Assembly (NCBI GenBank): GCA_963662465.1
Contig: OY759599.1
Span: 3,424,001-3,488,000, forward strand
Source: Desulfatiglandales bacterium
GTDB taxonomy: Bacteria > Desulfobacterota > DSM-4660 > Desulfatiglandales > Desulfatiglandaceae
DNA length: 64,000 nt
Direction of reading: 5' to 3'
A program made the translations under genes and the position numbers. A model generated the notes under the pieces. The model searched no databases, was not told the origin of the DNA, and saw only the letters and a list, made by a program, of their open reading frames with translations. Position 1 is the stretch's first letter; each line of letters begins with the position of its first letter. This document shows, one piece after another, positions 60,357 to 64,000 of the stretch.

Positions 60357-60834
60357 TTTATTAATTAATGTGATAACTGCTATATATACCCACTGAGGGA
60401 AATGTGTGATATCGTCATTTAGCTTAGCATTCAGAGGGTTGAGATATCCAATGAATATAGCAGTTTTTTGGATGACATAAAATCTGCAATACCTCCAACA
60501 TATCTCATGCTTGACTTCAATGATTGTTCTGTCAGCCTCGCACAAATTTGATGATGTCGGGGTGAAGATTGATGTACGTAATCCTTTTATGAAACCGGAT
60601 AAGCGAAAATCGAATTGACCACAATATGTTGTGCTGGTAGGATTTTACGGTTTAGGTCCAGGAACGTGAAGGTAATTGCAGATATGTAAGGGCATATCAA
60701 CACTTCATATGCACTATTTTTAAAAGTTGCACATCGCGTCATATTATCAAAGTATATACCCTGGCGGATTTGAATGGGTCGGAAAATTTCCCTGGTAAAT
60801 AACATCCAGGCAACGATAAAGGTAAGAGTCACCC

Positions 60835-61893
60835 ATGACTGAATCACCCATGACTGACATCCAACTTTGTTCCGGAAAGAATGAGTGGGATGCCTACGTG
60901 TCTCAACATAATCATAGCTCTTTTTCCCATCTTCATGGCTGGGGGGAAACCCTGGCATCCGTCTATGATTTGCAACTATTTCGCCTGGCTGCCCGGGACC
61001 GGGAAAAACAAAATAAAATTGTGGGTGTCCTGCCCCTGATTTTATTTCCCGCACCCGGGCTGGATCCCCGACTTATTTCGCTGCCCTATAGTGATGCCGC
61101 GGGAATTATTGCACAAGATGCCCCAACTCAGGAGAAATTGCTGCTGGCGGGGCTGAAGCTTGCACAAGATCTTGGCGCGATTCACCTGGAGCTTCGCCAG
61201 TCAGGGGACCTGGCCATTCCCAGGACAAAGCCCCCTGTGGCCCATACTCCGAATACCTTTAAAGTCGGATTAACCCGCGATTTGCCGGATTCCGTGGAAG
61301 CACTCTGGCAAAAGATTGGACCAAAAATCAGAAATCAGGTACGCAAAGCAAAAAAAAGCGGGGGGAAGGTCATTATTGGCGGGTCAGAGCTCCTGCCTCA
61401 ATTTTATGCTGTTTTTTCAGAAAATATGCGGGATCTTGGATCACCGGTCCATGACAGGATGCTTTTTGACCGGATGGCCCGTCACCTGCCCGAGCAGTTG
61501 AAAATTTTACTGGTAACCATCAAGGATCTCCCGGTTGCAACGGCCATGGTTTTTTTCCATAACAAGGCCCTGTTTAACCCCTGGGCGTCTTCACTGAGAC
61601 GATTCAGGCCTGACTGCCCCAATATGTTGCTCTACTGGCGTATGCTGTCCTATGCAATTGAGAAAGGATGCCAACGGTTTGACTTTGGCCGTTCCTCCCC
61701 CCATGCTTCCACCTGCCGGTTTAAATGTCAATGGGGGGCTAAACAGCAGCCTTTGACCTGGCACGTTTTTTCACTGGCACATCCCCCATGGAAGCCTGAA
61801 GGTGAAACCCTTGTGAATGAGAAATGGAAAAGCCTGACGGTTGAGGCATCACAAACACTTGGTCCATCCATCCGGCGATGGATCAGCCTTTAA
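60835..61893 (+). CDS. FemAB-related GNAT protein (PEP-CTERM/EPS-associated type)
   Basis: WDAYV..H..GW..VGVLPL..LISLPY..RNQVRKA..MRDLGSPVH..PNMLLYW..FDFGRS..FKCQWGA. Confidence 0.85.
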   Translation: MTESPMTDIQLCSGKNEWDAYVSQHNHSSFSHLHGWGETLASVYDLQLFRLAARDREKQNKIVGVLPLILFPAPGLDPRLISLPYSDAAGIIAQDAPTQEKLLLAGLKLAQDLGAIHLELRQSGDLAIPRTKPPVAHTPNTFKVGLTRDLPDSVEALWQKIGPKIRNQVRKAKKSGGKVIIGGSELLPQFYAVFSENMRDLGSPVHDRMLFDRMARHLPEQLKILLVTIKDLPVATAMVFFHNKALFNPWASSLRRFRPDCPNMLLYWRMLSYAIEKGCQRFDFGRSSPHASTCRFKCQWGAKQQPLTWHVFSLAHPPWKPEGETLVNEKWKSLTVEASQTLGPSIRRWISL

Positions 61894-61898
61894 GGTTT

Positions 61899-63059
61899 AT
61901 GATGACCGATATTCAACATAGGAATATCAAGATTACACTACCCATGCCGGTTTTCCTGGTCATTGAAGACGTCGGCTGGTGGCAGGGCGTTGACGGATCA
62001 TCTTATCAGGAACCCTTTCGTAACAATTTGAAAAGGCGCCATTGCATAGAGGATTATCAGGCACTCGCCCATCTGGCCAAACGGCTTTCCATGCAAATTG
62101 CCCTTGGCATGGTGATGTGTGAATGGGACCGGACAGACTTCTTAAAAAATATCCCCGGCGCCACCTGGATGGGGAAGGCCTGGAACAATCAGAAAAACAC
62201 AGGGCCACAACTGGATCAGGTTTCTGAGTATTTAAACGCCCATGGCCACCTGTTTGAGATTGCCCTGCATGGGGTTGGGCATGAATTCTGGAAGGGTGGG
62301 CAAATGGAACGATCAGAGTTCCATGACAGTAACGGAAACATGAGATCGAAAAATTGTATTATCCGTCATCTTGAAGCATTTGAACGGCTGCTTGAACAAA
62401 ATCATATTCTATCTTTTCCGCGATTATTTATTCCCCCCGCCTTGAATCACAGCTTTGGCGACGGCTCGATCCAGGCCTTGCTCAAACGCTTTGGCATCGA
62501 TTATGTAACAACAAAATTTTGTCGGTCCCGTCAGTTTACAGCGCCCAAACACCCTAAACTGACCTGGGAATCCGGTGTGATGCTTCTGGAAAGGGGAGAC
62601 GCTTTGGCGGCATGGGACAAGGTGGCAAGTTCACCTGCCTGGAATGGGCCCCAGCCGATCCTGGCACTTCATTGGGGCAACCTTCTGCATTCTCAGCCGG
62701 AACGAAATTTTGAAATTGTCGACCTATGGGCAGATATGCTGCTCTCAAAAATCTCCGGCCCGGATCTTATTCTGGCCGAAGACGTAGCCGCCTGCTGGCG
62801 GCAAGCGGCTGTCCACTATCTGGCAAAAATTAAAACCGGAAACAACCGGATCCTCATCGATCTGAACGCCCTGCCAAAGCTTTCATCGATCTCTGGTGCT
62901 TTTTCCATAACCATACAGGGACAGCACGGTGTGTCCTGGCAGGCCGGTAACGCAAAAATTCTGAAGCAAAAAAAGGCATCAGAAGACCTGGTCACACTGA
63001 AACTGCTTCCCGAAGAAGGGAAAAAAGAAATTGTCATTTTCCCGGCAGATTCCCATTAA
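61899..63059 (+). CDS. Hypothetical protein, polysaccharide-deacetylase-like
   Basis: VIEDVGW, EIALHGVGH, FIPP and LHWGN motifs resemble the NodB/CE4 fold; between FemAB and a glycosyltransferase. Confidence 0.6.
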   Translation: MMTDIQHRNIKITLPMPVFLVIEDVGWWQGVDGSSYQEPFRNNLKRRHCIEDYQALAHLAKRLSMQIALGMVMCEWDRTDFLKNIPGATWMGKAWNNQKNTGPQLDQVSEYLNAHGHLFEIALHGVGHEFWKGGQMERSEFHDSNGNMRSKNCIIRHLEAFERLLEQNHILSFPRLFIPPALNHSFGDGSIQALLKRFGIDYVTTKFCRSRQFTAPKHPKLTWESGVMLLERGDALAAWDKVASSPAWNGPQPILALHWGNLLHSQPERNFEIVDLWADMLLSKISGPDLILAEDVAACWRQAAVHYLAKIKTGNNRILIDLNALPKLSSISGAFSITIQGQHGVSWQAGNAKILKQKKASEDLVTLKLLPEEGKKEIVIFPADSH

Positions 63060-63148
63060 TCCAGCCCAACCAACGTCTAATGCATCTTTGTCTGGCGCAA
63101 GGGTCGAAACGTATTTAATTTTACGGGCGCCTGTGATATCCTTTGAGC

Positions 63149-64000
63149 ATGAAAATTCTTCACATTATCAGTCAGTCACCGGATTTTACCGGCAGTGGAA
63201 AATATATCCGGGAGATTATCCGGCAAAGCACAAAAAATGGTCATGATAATTTTTTATTGGCAGGGGCCCAGGCTGATTTTACCATATCTTCCTCATTAAT
63301 CCCCCGGGACCATACTCTCTTTGTCCGGTTTGACGGCATGGACCTTGATTTTCCCATTCCGGGAATGAGCGATATCATGCCCTATTCGAGCAGCTTGTTC
63401 TCACGGCTTGATGACAATCATCTGTCAGCATACAAACTGGCCTTTGGGAAAAAAATCAAGCAGGCCATAGACCGATTCAATCCTGATTTGATTCACACAC
63501 ATCACCTGTGGATTGTTTCAGCGCTTACAAAACAAATAGCCCAAAACATCCCCATGGCGACAACCTGTCATGGGACCTGTCTGCGCCAGCATCACAATTG
63601 TCCGGATATCAGCAAAAAGATTCTTTTGGACCTTCAAGGAATTGACAAGGTCATTGCCTTGAGCTGTGATCAAAAACAATTGATCGTCAGTGCCTTGTCC
63701 ATTGATCCCCAAAAAATATCAATTATCAGCGGCGGTTATAATAAAGATTGTTTTTACAGTGAACCCAAGCCTTTTGACGGTACAGTGGAACTGCTCTACG
63801 CAGGAAAAATCAGTTCATCAAAGGGCGTGCCCTGGCTGTTGAAAAGTCTGTATCTGATTCGAGAACTGCCTTTCAGGCTGCACCTGGCGGGCAATGCCAA
63901 TGAGGAGCAAAAACAGATTTGCCTGTCTCTGGCGGATCATCTGGGTTCAAAAGCCCTCTACCATGGGGCCTTGAGCCATGAAAAATTAAGTGATTTAATG
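63149..64000 (+). CDS. Glycosyltransferase family 4 (runs off the window end)
   Basis: Translated by hand: MKILHIISQSPDFTGSGKY..PDLIHTHHLW..TCHGT..LLYAGKISSSKGVPWLL; open to the end of the window. Confidence 0.85.
   Translation, partial: MKILHIISQSPDFTGSGKYIREIIRQSTKNGHDNFLLAGAQADFTISSSLIPRDHTLFVRFDGMDLDFPIPGMSDIMPYSSSLFSRLDDNHLSAYKLAFGKKIKQAIDRFNPDLIHTHHLWIVSALTKQIAQNIPMATTCHGTCLRQHHNCPDISKKILLDLQGIDKVIALSCDQKQLIVSALSIDPQKISIISGGYNKDCFYSEPKPFDGTVELLYAGKISSSKGVPWLLKSLYLIRELPFRLHLAGNANEEQKQICLSLADHLGSKALYHGALSHEKLSDLM

Overview
A bacterial window of roughly 50% GC, most consistent with an anaerobic Desulfobacterota (deltaproteobacterial) genome; this is inferred from gene content only. From left to right: (1) a minus-strand nitrosative/oxidative-stress cluster (flavodiiron protein, hemerythrin-like protein, VOC protein) followed by a TolC-MFP-RND efflux operon. 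Both units carry the same duplicated promoter with a perfect NnrR-type palindrome, and an NnrR-like Crp/Fnr regulator lies at 18.9-19.6 kb. (2) A sigma54-driven CPA2/Kef antiporter gene cut in two by a 4.7-kb IS21-family element. The element has an 8-bp target duplication and carries a structured non-coding leader plus Cys-rich, HTH-like, ParB-like and small basic passenger genes. (3) A dense signalling region with PAS-LuxR regulators, histidine kinases, an HD-GYP phosphodiesterase, receivers and MASE3, plus a core-MetE-like protein and AcuB. (4) A mobile-element hotspot: a second copy of the IS21 leader, a transposase fragment, an apparently intact IscB-omegaRNA (OMEGA) element with a zinc-finger insertion, and a 253-bp MITE whose empty site is also present in the window. 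(5) Two giant secreted proteins: a 2576-aa RHS/YD protein with an internal AT-rich toxin-like tip, and a ~3380-aa S8 subtilase/FG-GAP protein. (6) A deleted IS200 tnpA and the start of a surface-polysaccharide cluster. No rRNA, tRNA or CRISPR array was seen.
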